Origin: Bacteriovoracaceae bacterium
Lineage (GTDB): Bacteria; Bdellovibrionota; Bacteriovoracia; Bacteriovoracales; Bacteriovoracaceae
Assembly: GCA_965217035.1 (NCBI GenBank)
Contig: OZ244226.1
Coordinates: 1,470,146 to 1,534,145, forward strand
Length of the DNA: 64,000 bases
Reading direction: 5' to 3'
The position numbers and the translations under genes were made by a program. This document shows positions 10,209 through 20,256 of this stretch, piece by piece. The notes below the pieces were generated by a model. That model worked only from the letters and a program-made list of their open reading frames with translations, made no database searches and was not told the DNA's origin. The number at the start of each line of letters is the position of its first letter. Position 1 is the first letter of the stretch.

Positions 10209-11763
10209 TGAGATAAAAGTTACTCCCTTGGGTGGACTCGGACAGATTGGTTCAAATATGTGCCTCTTTGAAGGTAAAGATGAATCAATATTAATTGATA
10301 GTGGCTTACTCTTTCCAAGAGAAGGACATACTGGCGTTCGTTATTTAATTCCAGATTTTTTTCACATTGATTCATCTAAATTAAAGGCTATTTTCATTTC
10401 TCATTGTCATGAAGATCATATTGGAGCTCTAGGACATCTGCTCGACTTCAAGCCTCGGCTTAAAATATACACCGAAATTTTTACTTCTAAGGTTATTCAA
10501 AGAAAATACAGAAAATCCTCTTTAGATATCGAAGTTATCAATGATCAATTTACAACTTCATTTAAAAACTTTGATGTCGCATCCTTCCGAGTCAATCACT
10601 CTACCGCCAATACGCTTGGATTTATCGTTAAAAATAATTCAAAAAGCTTGGTATTTTCATCTGATTTCAAAGTTAACTTAACGAAATATCGAGAAAGTAA
10701 CTTTGACTTTAAAAGAATTAACGAAATCACAAAAGGAACAGATATTATCTCCTTTATAGATAGTACTAATATCTTAAAAAAAGGGAAGACTATTGAGGAA
10801 ACTGAAGTCATTCAAAATCTCACTGAAATTCTAAAAACAAGAGGAAGACAGTTTATCACTTTTTTTCCTTCTAATATTTATCGCTTTCTCAATATCATCA
10901 AAATTTGTAATGAAAATAATAAAATCCCAGTTCTTTATGGAAAAGCAATGCATATGTATTATCAATGTGCCCAGAATGCCAATTTAATCCAAGATAAGGG
11001 ATATGAAGTTCAAGATATTGAAAACGTGAACCCTAATAATGAAAATATGGTTTTTTTAGTTTCAGGATGTCAGGGTAATTTCAGATCAACATTACATAAT
11101 ATTGCTCAAGGGCAAAGTCCTTATTTTAAACCTAAAAAAAGTGATACTTTTATTTACAGTGCCAGCATAGTTCCTGGTAACGATAAACATGTTTATAAAA
11201 TTATCAATCAGTTCACAGAAATGGGCGTTAATGTCATTATGTCTGTTGATAAACCTATTCATTGTTCGGGTCATCCGGGTCAAGAAGATATTAAGATTTA
11301 CCTTGATAATGTAAAACCTCATTCTGTCGTTCCGATTCATGGAGAAAGTTATTTCTTAAAAAAACATCACGATTTCATTAAGGAAAACTATCCTCAAATA
11401 AATAGCTACCTCCTTTTTAATCATGCATCACTTTTAATCAAAAATGAGATTAAAATTATTGAAAATGAACCTTCAAAGCCTTTGATGGTCAGTTATAATG
11501 ATAGAATTGTTGGTCCTCAGGTCATTTCAGAACGAAGAAAATTAGCAGAAAATGGTATTTTAATTGTCTCAATCTCTAAAAAAGACACCTTACTTCGCCC
11601 TATTGGAATTTCTCTTGATCCCAATACGAAACAACAAGTTTTAGACTGTGCTCATAGATATAGCTCTAAGAAAAGTAATCCTGAGGAATTAAGAATTAAA
11701 ATAAGAAAAATTCTTAATACTTCTTTAGGCCATAAACCTATGGTTGAAATCATTAACTCTTAA
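10192..11763 (+). CDS. rnj: ribonuclease J
   Basis: PLGGLGQIGSNM, SHCHEDHIG, VNHS, SDFK, DSTN, HCSGH, PIHGE; start at MPLSNN. Confidence 0.9.
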   Translation: MPLSNNEIKVTPLGGLGQIGSNMCLFEGKDESILIDSGLLFPREGHTGVRYLIPDFFHIDSSKLKAIFISHCHEDHIGALGHLLDFKPRLKIYTEIFTSKVIQRKYRKSSLDIEVINDQFTTSFKNFDVASFRVNHSTANTLGFIVKNNSKSLVFSSDFKVNLTKYRESNFDFKRINEITKGTDIISFIDSTNILKKGKTIEETEVIQNLTEILKTRGRQFITFFPSNIYRFLNIIKICNENNKIPVLYGKAMHMYYQCAQNANLIQDKGYEVQDIENVNPNNENMVFLVSGCQGNFRSTLHNIAQGQSPYFKPKKSDTFIYSASIVPGNDKHVYKIINQFTEMGVNVIMSVDKPIHCSGHPGQEDIKIYLDNVKPHSVVPIHGESYFLKKHHDFIKENYPQINSYLLFNHASLLIKNEIKIIENEPSKPLMVSYNDRIVGPQVISERRKLAENGILIVSISKKDTLLRPIGISLDPNTKQQVLDCAHRYSSKKSNPEELRIKIRKILNTSLGHKPMVEIINS

Positions 11764-11890
11764 AAATTTCGTAAAACTCTGTAATTTTTTTAGTATTTGA
11801 AACGTCGTAAAGCAGCTTGTTTCTTTTTTCTTGTTTTTTTTCTTATTTCGTTGTTTAAACACTGCATCAAAATAAAAATGCGAGGAAAAA

Positions 11891-12304
11891 ATGAAAAAAC
11901 TAATTTTACTTTGCGGCCTATTAACAATGAGCTTAGGAGCTCAAGCAAAAGTCACAATCCATGCACAGTGCTCAATAGATGGTGAGTTACTGTACACAAT
12001 TAGGCAAAATACTCAATTCGGTGGAGACGGTAAAATTCACCTTACAGATCACCAGGACGATGCTTTAAGCACAGAGCTTATTCCTGATGAAACTTTTTAA
12101 ACAACAGATAGAGAGCCAGAAGGTGAAATGGCTAAATTTATCCTCGCCCAAAAAGACCTCTCTCCTAAAGACATCTCCAATACAGTTACTGCTTTTACTG
12201 ATGGAGGGGTTCAACTCGTTGCATTTTATTCTTACGAGAAAATGAAAGGTGTAACAGCTATTCTCGTACCAATGGCAATGCCTGTTCTTTGTGATGATTA
12301 TTAA
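11891..12304 (+). pseudogene. secreted hypothetical protein interrupted by in-frame TAA at 12098-12100
   Basis: The 69-aa signal-peptide ORF continues in the same frame for 67 more codons (TTDREPEG...PVLCDDY*) up to a terminator. Confidence 0.7.
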
Positions 12305-12318
12305 TTAGTCAGGATAAG

Positions 12319-12352
12319 AAAGCCCCACGCTATTTTAGTAGCGTGAGGCTTT
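12319..12352. terminator. bidirectional terminator downstream of ftsZ
   Basis: AAAGCCCCACGCTA-ttttag-TAGCGTGAGGCTTT. Confidence 0.8.
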
Positions 12353-12357
12353 TGTAT

Positions 12358-13641
12358 TTAGATTTCTTTTTCGAACGATTTATCATTCTCTTTTTTCATA
12401 AAACTCGGCGTATCAAACTCATTTTCATCAAAATTAATAAATCCAAGTTTTTCAGCTATTGATTTTGTTCTATTTGAAATAGTTTTTTCTTCTTGAAAAA
12501 TAGGAGCCTCTTCTGCGGAAGCAACTTCTTCAGTTTGCTCAGTCTTTACATTCTCATACTCTGAAGCGGCAGCCTTTAAGCTTTGAGAAGGAGATGGGGC
12601 TGATCTTTCAATGGCTGTATTTTCAACTGGTAATGCTTGTGAAACTTGAGCAATAGGAGCTGCTAATTTATTTTTTTCAAAGTTAAGTCCTGTTGCAATA
12701 ACAGTTACCTTCACTTCATCTTCCATATTTTCATCAATGACTGTTCCAAAAATAATCTCAGCTTCTTCATCTGCAGCTTCCATTATCAGAGTCATCGCCT
12801 CATTCGCTTCATGAGTTGTAAGTGAGTTATTACCAGTAATATTCACAATCAACCCTGTTGCTCCATCGATAGAAACATCCTCAAGTAAAGGTGAACTAAT
12901 TGCTTCTGTTGCAGCTTTAATAGCCCTATCATTACCTGTTGCCATTCCTGTTCCCATAAGAGCAATTCCCTTATCTCTCATAACGGTGCTAACGTCTGCG
13001 AAGTCAGCATTAATTAGACCAGTATTATTGATAAGGTCAGAAATACCTCTAACCGCATTTAAAAGAACTTCGTCTGCTTTCCTAAATGTATCCACAAGTG
13101 AAAGACTTTCACCTGCAATACTCAAAAGACGTTGGTTAGGAATTGTAATCAAAGAATCAACACAATCTTTTAACTCTTCAATTCCTTCGTTGGCTTGTCT
13201 CATTCGTTTTTTACCCTCAAAGGTAAAAGGCTTAGTAATAACACCTACCGTAAGAGCTCCTAGTTCTCTTGCAAGTTTTGCAATAATAGGAGCAGCTCCT
13301 GTTCCTGTTCCACCACCCATTCCGGCAGTAATAAAAACCATATCAGCTCCTTCAATTTCTTCTGAAAGAGTTTCATAATCTTCAAGAGCAGCTTTCCTTC
13401 CAATTTCAGGATTAGCTCCGGCACCAAGACCTTTTGTAATCTCTTCGCCAATCTGAATTTTATTATCAGCCAAATTTGAGCTAAGAGCTTGAGCGTCAGT
13501 ATTAGCTACAAAATATGTAACACCATTGAGTCCAAAACGAATCATTGTATTGACAGCGTTACCACCGGCTCCACCAACTCCTACAACGACAATTTTGGCT
13601 CCAAGTACTTTTTTTTCACTATCTGCTATTTCAAACATCAT
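12358..13641 (-). CDS. ftsZ: cell division protein FtsZ
   Basis: [29 protein letters not shown]-terminal FDTPSFMK. Confidence 0.98.
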   Translation of the reverse strand: MMFEIADSEKKVLGAKIVVVGVGGAGGNAVNTMIRFGLNGVTYFVANTDAQALSSNLADNKIQIGEEITKGLGAGANPEIGRKAALEDYETLSEEIEGADMVFITAGMGGGTGTGAAPIIAKLARELGALTVGVITKPFTFEGKKRMRQANEGIEELKDCVDSLITIPNQRLLSIAGESLSLVDTFRKADEVLLNAVRGISDLINNTGLINADFADVSTVMRDKGIALMGTGMATGNDRAIKAATEAISSPLLEDVSIDGATGLIVNITGNNSLTTHEANEAMTLIMEAADEEAEIIFGTVIDENMEDEVKVTVIATGLNFEKNKLAAPIAQVSQALPVENTAIERSAPSPSQSLKAAASEYENVKTEQTEEVASAEEAPIFQEEKTISNRTKSIAEKLGFINFDENEFDTPSFMKKENDKSFEKEI

Positions 13642-13653
13642 TTCCCCCTTCTG

Positions 13654-14919
13654 TTAAAAAATCTCTTTGAAGACATTTTTTAACGAATCACTAAACTTTG
13701 TAATTATATCTTTTTCTTCAGTTCTATTTGGTAGTTCCTCTGGTTGCTCTGTATGAGCTTCATAACTATCAATTTTCATCGCTTCAAGCAGTAAACCAAC
13801 AACTGTCGATAGCTTTGGATCTTGCATAATATCAGTCATGCCACCAAAAGCAACTGGCACTCCAAGCTTCACAGGTTTTTCCATAACAAACTCAGTGAAA
13901 GGAACAAGATCTTTAATTAAACTTCCACCACCTGTCACAACAATTCCTGCATTTAAACCTTGAAGAAGATTTTGTTCTTTTAAAATATTTTTGACAACCT
14001 CAAAGAGCTCTTCTGCTCGAGAATTTAAAATTTTAGAAACAAAGCTTACTTTAACATCACTTATTTCTTTTCCAGAAACACCTTTCAAAGTAATCTGCGT
14101 ATTTTCATTAGAGTTAGAAAGAATTGATCCATGATTTATTTTTATTCTCTCAGCCTCTGAATGAGGGATCTTAAGGGCAACTGCTAAGTCATTCGTAAAA
14201 TGATTCCCACCAACAGGAATAATTTGTGAATGAATTAAGCAAGAATCTTTCCAGACGGCAATATCAGTGGTTCCACCACCAATATCAACTAAGGCAACTC
14301 CTAGTTCTTTTTCCTCTGCTGATAGTACAGAACGGGAAGAAGCCACAGGTTGTAAAACAATCTCTTTTGCCTTGATCCCAGCTTGCTCTACACATCGGAC
14401 AAGATTTTGAATCAACGTAGTTTGTCCAGTAACAATATGAACATTAGCCTCAAGTCGAACGCCGAACATTCCAACTGGATTCATAATTCCATTGGTACTA
14501 TCTACTTTAAACTCTTGTGGTAGAACATGAAGAATTTCTCTATCTGATGGAATAACGATCGCTTTAGCTGCATCGATAACTCTTTCAACATCATCTTGAT
14601 CGACTTCATTCTTTGTTACTGCAACAGCTCCAGTGCTATTGAATGAATAAATATGATTACCTGCAATTCCAATGGTAGCAGACTCTAATGAACTAACCCC
14701 TGCCATCAACTTTGCTTCTTCTAAAGAGCAGCGAATGGATTTTACAGTTTTGTCGATATTAACAACACAACCTTTTTTTAATCCATAGCTTGGATGAGTA
14801 CCGACACCTAATATTTCTATGGCCCCGTTATTCTTTTTACTCGCAATGATAGTACAAACTTTGGTTGTTCCCACATCCAAAGCTACAAAGATTTCAGATT
14901 TTCCCGCTCGACGATTCAT
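13654..14919 (-). CDS. ftsA: cell division protein FtsA
   Basis: LDVGTTKV, VDIGGGTTD, VTGGGS; upstream of ftsZ. Confidence 0.97.
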   Translation of the reverse strand: MNRRAGKSEIFVALDVGTTKVCTIIASKKNNGAIEILGVGTHPSYGLKKGCVVNIDKTVKSIRCSLEEAKLMAGVSSLESATIGIAGNHIYSFNSTGAVAVTKNEVDQDDVERVIDAAKAIVIPSDREILHVLPQEFKVDSTNGIMNPVGMFGVRLEANVHIVTGQTTLIQNLVRCVEQAGIKAKEIVLQPVASSRSVLSAEEKELGVALVDIGGGTTDIAVWKDSCLIHSQIIPVGGNHFTNDLAVALKIPHSEAERIKINHGSILSNSNENTQITLKGVSGKEISDVKVSFVSKILNSRAEELFEVVKNILKEQNLLQGLNAGIVVTGGGSLIKDLVPFTEFVMEKPVKLGVPVAFGGMTDIMQDPKLSTVVGLLLEAMKIDSYEAHTEQPEELPNRTEEKDIITKFSDSLKNVFKEIF

Positions 14920-15005
14920 GAGATTCCTTTCTCAAATTGTTGTAATTATAGTCGTTTAACAGACTCCTTCCGTAAGAGGGTGCGTTAACCCCTTATAATT
15001 TAATG

Positions 15006-15737
15006 CTATAAATTGTGTGAAAACTTGACAACAATTTTTTTTGAACTTGTAAATTTGATAATGGAAGGAAGCTGCGCTTTCCCTTCAAAGTAGTTGAGTG
15101 TTTTAGACAGCTTTTGCGTTTTTTCTGCCCAATCTCTCTTTCCCATGAAGACACTGACTGCATTTTTCTTATTTGACATAATTAAGGTGATGTTTTCATT
15201 TTTATCGAGAATAATTTCTGAAATTTTTCCCTTTATTTTTTTATCAGTTCCGATTAAGAATTCAGAAACTTTTTTGATGCTCTTATCGTTTATATTTTGA
15301 TAGTCCAAAGAAAGAAAGGGTAAAGTGTAATTGATTTTATTTTCTTTTCTCAAAAAGACTTCATAATTGGGATCGATCACCTCTCCTGTATCTACCAAAA
15401 TAGCATTATAAAGCTCGCTACCATCCTTTTTAAAGACTTGAACCTTTGCAATAATCTCAGGGCAATCAAAATCAAGGATTAATTTTCGATCAAGTGGATT
15501 GTAATTTACATTATAATAAGAAAGATAATAACGTTCTTTTAATTTCTGATCGATAATATATTTTTTTAGTTCTGCTAAAGATTTACTTTCTTCAAACTTA
15601 GTAACAAGTTCAATTGCAAGATCGCCTGTTGTTTTAGCAGGGCATTGCCCAAAGTTCGTACGATAATTAATTGAAGAAGAACCAATGCTCCCAAACGCTA
15701 GGTGAGAATAGAGAAATAATGTAATAATTCTAACCAT
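15006..15737 (-). CDS. ftsQ: divergent FtsQ/DivIB-like protein
   Basis: Position between murB and ftsA; ILVDTGEV, LPFL and C-terminal KIVVK resemble the FtsQ beta domain. Confidence 0.6.
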   Translation of the reverse strand: MVRIITLFLYSHLAFGSIGSSSINYRTNFGQCPAKTTGDLAIELVTKFEESKSLAELKKYIIDQKLKERYYLSYYNVNYNPLDRKLILDFDCPEIIAKVQVFKKDGSELYNAILVDTGEVIDPNYEVFLRKENKINYTLPFLSLDYQNINDKSIKKVSEFLIGTDKKIKGKISEIILDKNENITLIMSNKKNAVSVFMGKRDWAEKTQKLSKTLNYFEGKAQLPSIIKFTSSKKIVVKFSHNL

Positions 15738-16641
15738 TTTCTTTAGTATAGTTGTATTGAACCTCACATTCAATTTTTTTACCCGTGTAAAGTAATACAG
15801 TACTTTTGATTAAATCGACGAGTTCATTGAAGTCTTCAAGCGTAGAATCTCCATGGTTTTCAATAAAATTAGCGTGCTTATCGCTCACTTTGAGGTTTTT
15901 AAACTCTAGCCCTTTAAGTCCTAGAGTATCGATAACCATTCCCGCTCCTATTTCAGGAAGATTTTTAAAAACACAACCACAATTTTTAGTTGCTAACGGT
16001 TGTGTGTCCTTTCGATACCTCATGTATTCTTTTATACGTTTTGAAACCTCTGAGGAAATGCCATGATGTTTCAGTTTTGCGCTTATTATAATATCCCCAT
16101 CTTTTACAAAATGGTTCTTTCGATAACTAAACATATTCCCTACATCTGAATGCTCTCTTATTTTTCCATCTTTATCCATAACATCAACAGATATAATAAT
16201 GTCTTTGATTTCACCAAATTTTGTTCCCGCATTCATATAGATAGCTCCACCCAGTGAAGCTGGAATTCCTGTCAAGCACTCCCAACCTTCAAGACCTAGA
16301 TTGGAAGCAGCTCTCATCATAAGCGGTACAGACAAACTTGCAGGAAGAATATAATTATCTCTAACTTCTTTTAATTCCGATTCATCAAAGGGAAGATCAA
16401 GTTGTAGAAAAATTTCCTTCTTTTTATTCGAAATTAAGGAATTAGCTCCCCAACCCAATAAAATATAATTGTAATTATATTTTTTTAAGCTCTTAACAAC
16501 TTTTTTAAGACTCTCTAAGTTTTTAACGATAACAAGGTCCCCTATTGCCTTGAGTCTCATTGTTGTATATTTTGAGAGATCTTGTGAAAGATGAAGCTCT
16601 ACGGCTTCAAGCTCTTTGAGTTCTTCCCATACTTGCTGCAT
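15730..16641 (-). CDS. murB: UDP-N-acetylenolpyruvoylglucosamine reductase
   Basis: LGWGANSL, GIPASLGGAIYMNAG, FSYR, GCVFKN, HANFI, ECEV. Confidence 0.93.
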   Translation of the reverse strand: MQQVWEELKELEAVELHLSQDLSKYTTMRLKAIGDLVIVKNLESLKKVVKSLKKYNYNYILLGWGANSLISNKKKEIFLQLDLPFDESELKEVRDNYILPASLSVPLMMRAASNLGLEGWECLTGIPASLGGAIYMNAGTKFGEIKDIIISVDVMDKDGKIREHSDVGNMFSYRKNHFVKDGDIIISAKLKHHGISSEVSKRIKEYMRYRKDTQPLATKNCGCVFKNLPEIGAGMVIDTLGLKGLEFKNLKVSDKHANFIENHGDSTLEDFNELVDLIKSTVLLYTGKKIECEVQYNYTKENG

Positions 16642-17740
16642 TGGAGACTCCAAAAATACCTTCAGATTTTAATATAGAAAAGAAAAGACCTAGCAGAATG
16701 GCATTCGCCAATAAAGAAGATCCTCCATAGCTTATGAAAGGAAGGTTTAACCCTTTCGTCGGTAATAAACCAAGTACAACCCCCATGTTTAAAACTGCTT
16801 GAAATCCAATCGAGAAAATCACAGTAATACCAAAGAGGGATTTCGTGCTGTTTTGTAACTTCAAGGCCAATCTAAAGCCTGTATAAATAAAGAATACAAA
16901 AAGAGTGATGAGAAATAAAATTCCTATAAAACCCATTTCCTCACCAATAACACTAAAAATAAAATCATTATGTGCTTCTGGTAAATAAAATAATTTCTCC
17001 TGACTATTTCCTACACCGGCTCCAGAAACTCCCCCTAATGCAAAAGCAAGAAAAGATTGAATAATTTGGAAACCACTATTTTGAGGGTCATTCCATGGAT
17101 CAAGATAACTTAGTAAACGTTTTACACGATAAGGTGCCGCAAACAAGATCCCTATCATTCCAATAACCCCAGAAAGAAGAATAGAATAAAACCATTTTCT
17201 TGGAAATTGACTCATAAAACAGACAAAAAGAATATTCACCATACACAGAACAAACATTCCAAAATCTGGTTGAAAAATCAAAAGAATCATTGGAAATGTC
17301 AGCATAACTAAATTTTTAATTCGTTGATTCTTATCCCAAAAAGGAAATTGATGAAAAAAATATACAGAAGACAAAAGTATAGAGTATTTAGCAAACTCCC
17401 CTGGCTGAATACCCAAAAAACCTAATTTGATCCAACGAGAAGAACCCTTTAACGCCAAACCAACTTGAGGTATAAAAGTTAATAAAATCAAAAAGCCAAA
17501 AAATACATTTATCTTTAAACTGTGCTTATACCAAAAGTTAAATTTAGAAAGAGAAAGAGTGTAACAAACTCCTCCTCCAACGATTAAAAAGATGAATTGT
17601 TTTAAAAAGAAATGATAGGAACTTCCAAACTCTTCTTTCGCAAACATATAACTTGAAGAATAAATCATTCCAAGGCCAATCATGCATAGAACGAAAAGAG
17701 AAATTAAAAACGTATTAAAGGTTTTATCTTCACTAGAGAT
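16607..17740 (-). CDS. ftsW: SEDS peptidoglycan polymerase FtsW (probable ATC start at 17740; first ATG 17683)
   Basis: GMIYSSS, RWIKLG..IQPGEFAK, QPDFG, YLPEAHNDFIF, PTKGLNLPFISYGGSS. Confidence 0.93.
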   Translation of the reverse strand: MSSEDKTFNTFLISLFVLCMIGLGMIYSSSYMFAKEEFGSSYHFFLKQFIFLIVGGGVCYTLSLSKFNFWYKHSLKINVFFGFLILLTFIPQVGLALKGSSRWIKLGFLGIQPGEFAKYSILLSSVYFFHQFPFWDKNQRIKNLVMLTFPMILLIFQPDFGMFVLCMVNILFVCFMSQFPRKWFYSILLSGVIGMIGILFAAPYRVKRLLSYLDPWNDPQNSGFQIIQSFLAFALGGVSGAGVGNSQEKLFYLPEAHNDFIFSVIGEEMGFIGILFLITLFVFFIYTGFRLALKLQNSTKSLFGITVIFSIGFQAVLNMGVVLGLLPTKGLNLPFISYGGSSLLANAILLGLFFSILKSEGIFGVSNAASMGRTQRA

Positions 17741-17766
17741 GTTACACGCTCCTATTTGCAGGGAAC

Positions 17767-19146
17767 CTATAACTGATAAATTAACTTTTTAAAGTAATTT
17801 CCTTTTTCAACATAATCCCTAAAGACGTCTGTTGAATCATTCCCTGGGCACAAGACTATCGTATCACCTGTTCTCGACTTTTGGTATGCCAAGAGTACAG
17901 ACTCATCAAAGGACCCGACTAAAAAGGTCTGGATCTCAACATCTAATGAACGATTCATGGCCTCTTTGCATTCTCCAACAAGAACTAAAACACGAACATT
18001 TCTTTCAATGATATCTGCATAACCCTCGTAATCTTGTTCAGAGTCTTTTCCTCCTGCGATAAGAATGACAGGTGTTTTAAAAGCTTCCAGAGTTTTCTTT
18101 AAATCTCTCATATTTTCAGACTTGGAATCATTATAAAAACGTACGCCGTTCTTTTCGATTACAAACTCTAGACGATGAGGAATTCCTGGAAATTTTTCAA
18201 TAAAGTTTTGGATTGCTTCATCACCAACCTTTAAAGCCTTACAGGCCGTGATTGCTGCTAACATATTTTCTCTATTGTTTATACCAACAACTCTCATTTT
18301 GTTCACTCGAAATTCTGAATGATAATGAATATTAGAATGAATTCTTTTTTCGTGAAAATGTGTTCCTTGAACTTCCGAAAGAACACCCATTTTTACAAAT
18401 GATCTTCTTGAATACCAATAACGTTGAGCTCTCAATTCGCTAAGAGTTGATTGTGTTGCCAATTTATCAAAATTGATAACAAGATAGCCGTTCTCATCCA
18501 CAGACTTACCGACTGAAAGACATGTTTCAAGATACTCACTAACCGATCGAAACATCGGAGGTATTTTAATTTCATCAAGATTTGGATAAACCACAAGCAT
18601 TGGTTTTAAATATTTAAGGCTCTTAATTTGTTCTGGTGAAATCTCAACAATAACATAATCAACTTCTTCTTTGTCCTTTAAGAGGTGAAAATTAATAAAT
18701 GGCTCTTCACTTGTTCCACCAACAAAAACATTTTTCTTATCAAGTCTTAGGGTATAACCAATCATATGAGCAATCGTTGTTCTTCCATAAGAACCACAAA
18801 CAGCTATAATTGGTTTATTGCAATATTTTGCAGCAAAAGTGAACTCAGAATAAACTTCTTTTCCATGCTCTCTTGCAAGCTCTAATTGAGGAATATGGGG
18901 ATCAACTGCACTAGAGTAAATAACAAGATCAGCCTCAAGAAAATCATCATCTCTATGCTCTCCTAAAATCAATTCAGGAGTTGGCTTAATCTTCTTCACC
19001 CTCTTAACAGGTTTATTGAGATCAAAGATCGGCTTAATATCCGTGACTTTTACACTGCATCCAAGTTGATTGAAAAAATTAATGAGAACAAAACCTGTTC
19101 TTCCCAAACCAACAATTAATACTTTTTTTCCACTATATTGTTCCAT
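17767..19146 (-). CDS. murD: MurD-like Mur ligase with degenerate catalytic motifs
   Basis: Position between mraY and ftsW; GLGRTG, PHRLE, YNDSK, ILIAGG are MurD-like, but the P-loop reads GSYGRTT and DHLD is absent. Confidence 0.75.
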   Translation of the reverse strand: MEQYSGKKVLIVGLGRTGFVLINFFNQLGCSVKVTDIKPIFDLNKPVKRVKKIKPTPELILGEHRDDDFLEADLVIYSSAVDPHIPQLELAREHGKEVYSEFTFAAKYCNKPIIAVCGSYGRTTIAHMIGYTLRLDKKNVFVGGTSEEPFINFHLLKDKEEVDYVIVEISPEQIKSLKYLKPMLVVYPNLDEIKIPPMFRSVSEYLETCLSVGKSVDENGYLVINFDKLATQSTLSELRAQRYWYSRRSFVKMGVLSEVQGTHFHEKRIHSNIHYHSEFRVNKMRVVGINNRENMLAAITACKALKVGDEAIQNFIEKFPGIPHRLEFVIEKNGVRFYNDSKSENMRDLKKTLEAFKTPVILIAGGKDSEQDYEGYADIIERNVRVLVLVGECKEAMNRSLDVEIQTFLVGSFDESVLLAYQKSRTGDTIVLCPGNDSTDVFRDYVEKGNYFKKLIYQL

Positions 19147-19156
19147 TTAAACTCCA

Positions 19157-20236
19157 CTATCTAATTTTCAAACTTGCTATCGAAAAAACGGCTAAAAGCA
19201 CACTAATAATCCAAAAACGTACAATAACCTTAGGTTCCGGCCATCCTTTTAGTTCAAAGTGGTGATGAATAGGAGCCATTTTAAAAATACGCTTTCCTCT
19301 CATTTTAAAAGAACCCACTTGCAAAATGACAGAAACTGCCTCCAAGACAAAGATCCCACCAAAAAAAACTAAAAGTATTTCATTTTTACTAATGACAGAC
19401 ATAACTCCAAGAACCCCTCCTATCGAAAGTGATCCTACATCACCCATAAAAATTTGAGCAGGGTAAGTATTAAACCAAAGAAAACCAAGACCTGCACCAA
19501 TTAAAGTCGCAGCAAAAACAACAAGTTCTCCAAGGTCAGCTACGTAGGGAATATAAAGATATTCTGAAATTTCTGAATGCCCCCCTACATAACATAAAAT
19601 ACAGAGGGTAATAAGGCTTGTGATAATTGGACCGATTGCAAGACCATCAAGACCATCTGTTAAGTTCACTGCATTGCTAGCACCAACAATCACAATACTT
19701 CCAAAAATCGTATATCCAACCCATCCAAGATCTACGACGGGATATTTATAAAAAGGTATATAAAGTTCAGAAGTGATTACATTATTACTAAGAAGATAAT
19801 AAAGAACTCCAGCACTCGTTAAAAACTGCCATAACAACTTTCCCTTAGCTGAAACACCTTTTGTATTTTTTTTTAAAACTTTTAGATAATCATCAAAAAA
19901 GCCAAGACTAAAATATGAAATCATAACAAACAGAGTTGCCCAGATAGGCTCAACATTAAAGTTGCCAGTAAAGGCTAGCGCTAGCAAAGTAGATCCAATA
20001 ATAAAAACTCCACCGAATGTTGGAGTTCCACCTTTTTTCTTGTGAGATTCAGGACCTTCATCACGAATAATTTGTCCAAACTGTTTCTTTCGAATGTAAT
20101 TGATAAACTTTCTTCCAAGAACGATTGAAAAAAGCGCACCAAGAATAAATGCCAAGAAAGAGCGCGTGGTTATATATCTAAAAACGTTAAAAATAGCGAA
20201 TTGATTGCTTAAAGGATAAAGCAAATGATACAGCAT
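19157..20236 (-). CDS. mraY: phospho-N-acetylmuramoyl-pentapeptide transferase
   Basis: TPTFGG, DDY, NAVNLTDGLDGL, FMGDVGS, APIHHHFE. Confidence 0.97.
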   Translation of the reverse strand: MLYHLLYPLSNQFAIFNVFRYITTRSFLAFILGALFSIVLGRKFINYIRKKQFGQIIRDEGPESHKKKGGTPTFGGVFIIGSTLLALAFTGNFNVEPIWATLFVMISYFSLGFFDDYLKVLKKNTKGVSAKGKLLWQFLTSAGVLYYLLSNNVITSELYIPFYKYPVVDLGWVGYTIFGSIVIVGASNAVNLTDGLDGLAIGPIITSLITLCILCYVGGHSEISEYLYIPYVADLGELVVFAATLIGAGLGFLWFNTYPAQIFMGDVGSLSIGGVLGVMSVISKNEILLVFFGGIFVLEAVSVILQVGSFKMRGKRIFKMAPIHHHFELKGWPEPKVIVRFWIISVLLAVFSIASLKIR

Positions 20237-20256
20237 GTTATTTCCCGACGAAAAAT

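Noticed and set aside
12986..13378. 130-aa antisense ORF in ftsZ and similar shadows (2499..2738, 3836..4165, 57502..57939, 44820..45128, etc.)
   Set aside because: They overlap well-supported genes and show no motifs or RBS, as expected for shadow frames.
15940..15995. MurB catalytic Ser replaced by Cys (NCGCVFKN)
   Set aside because: Cys-type MurB enzymes are a known functional variant.
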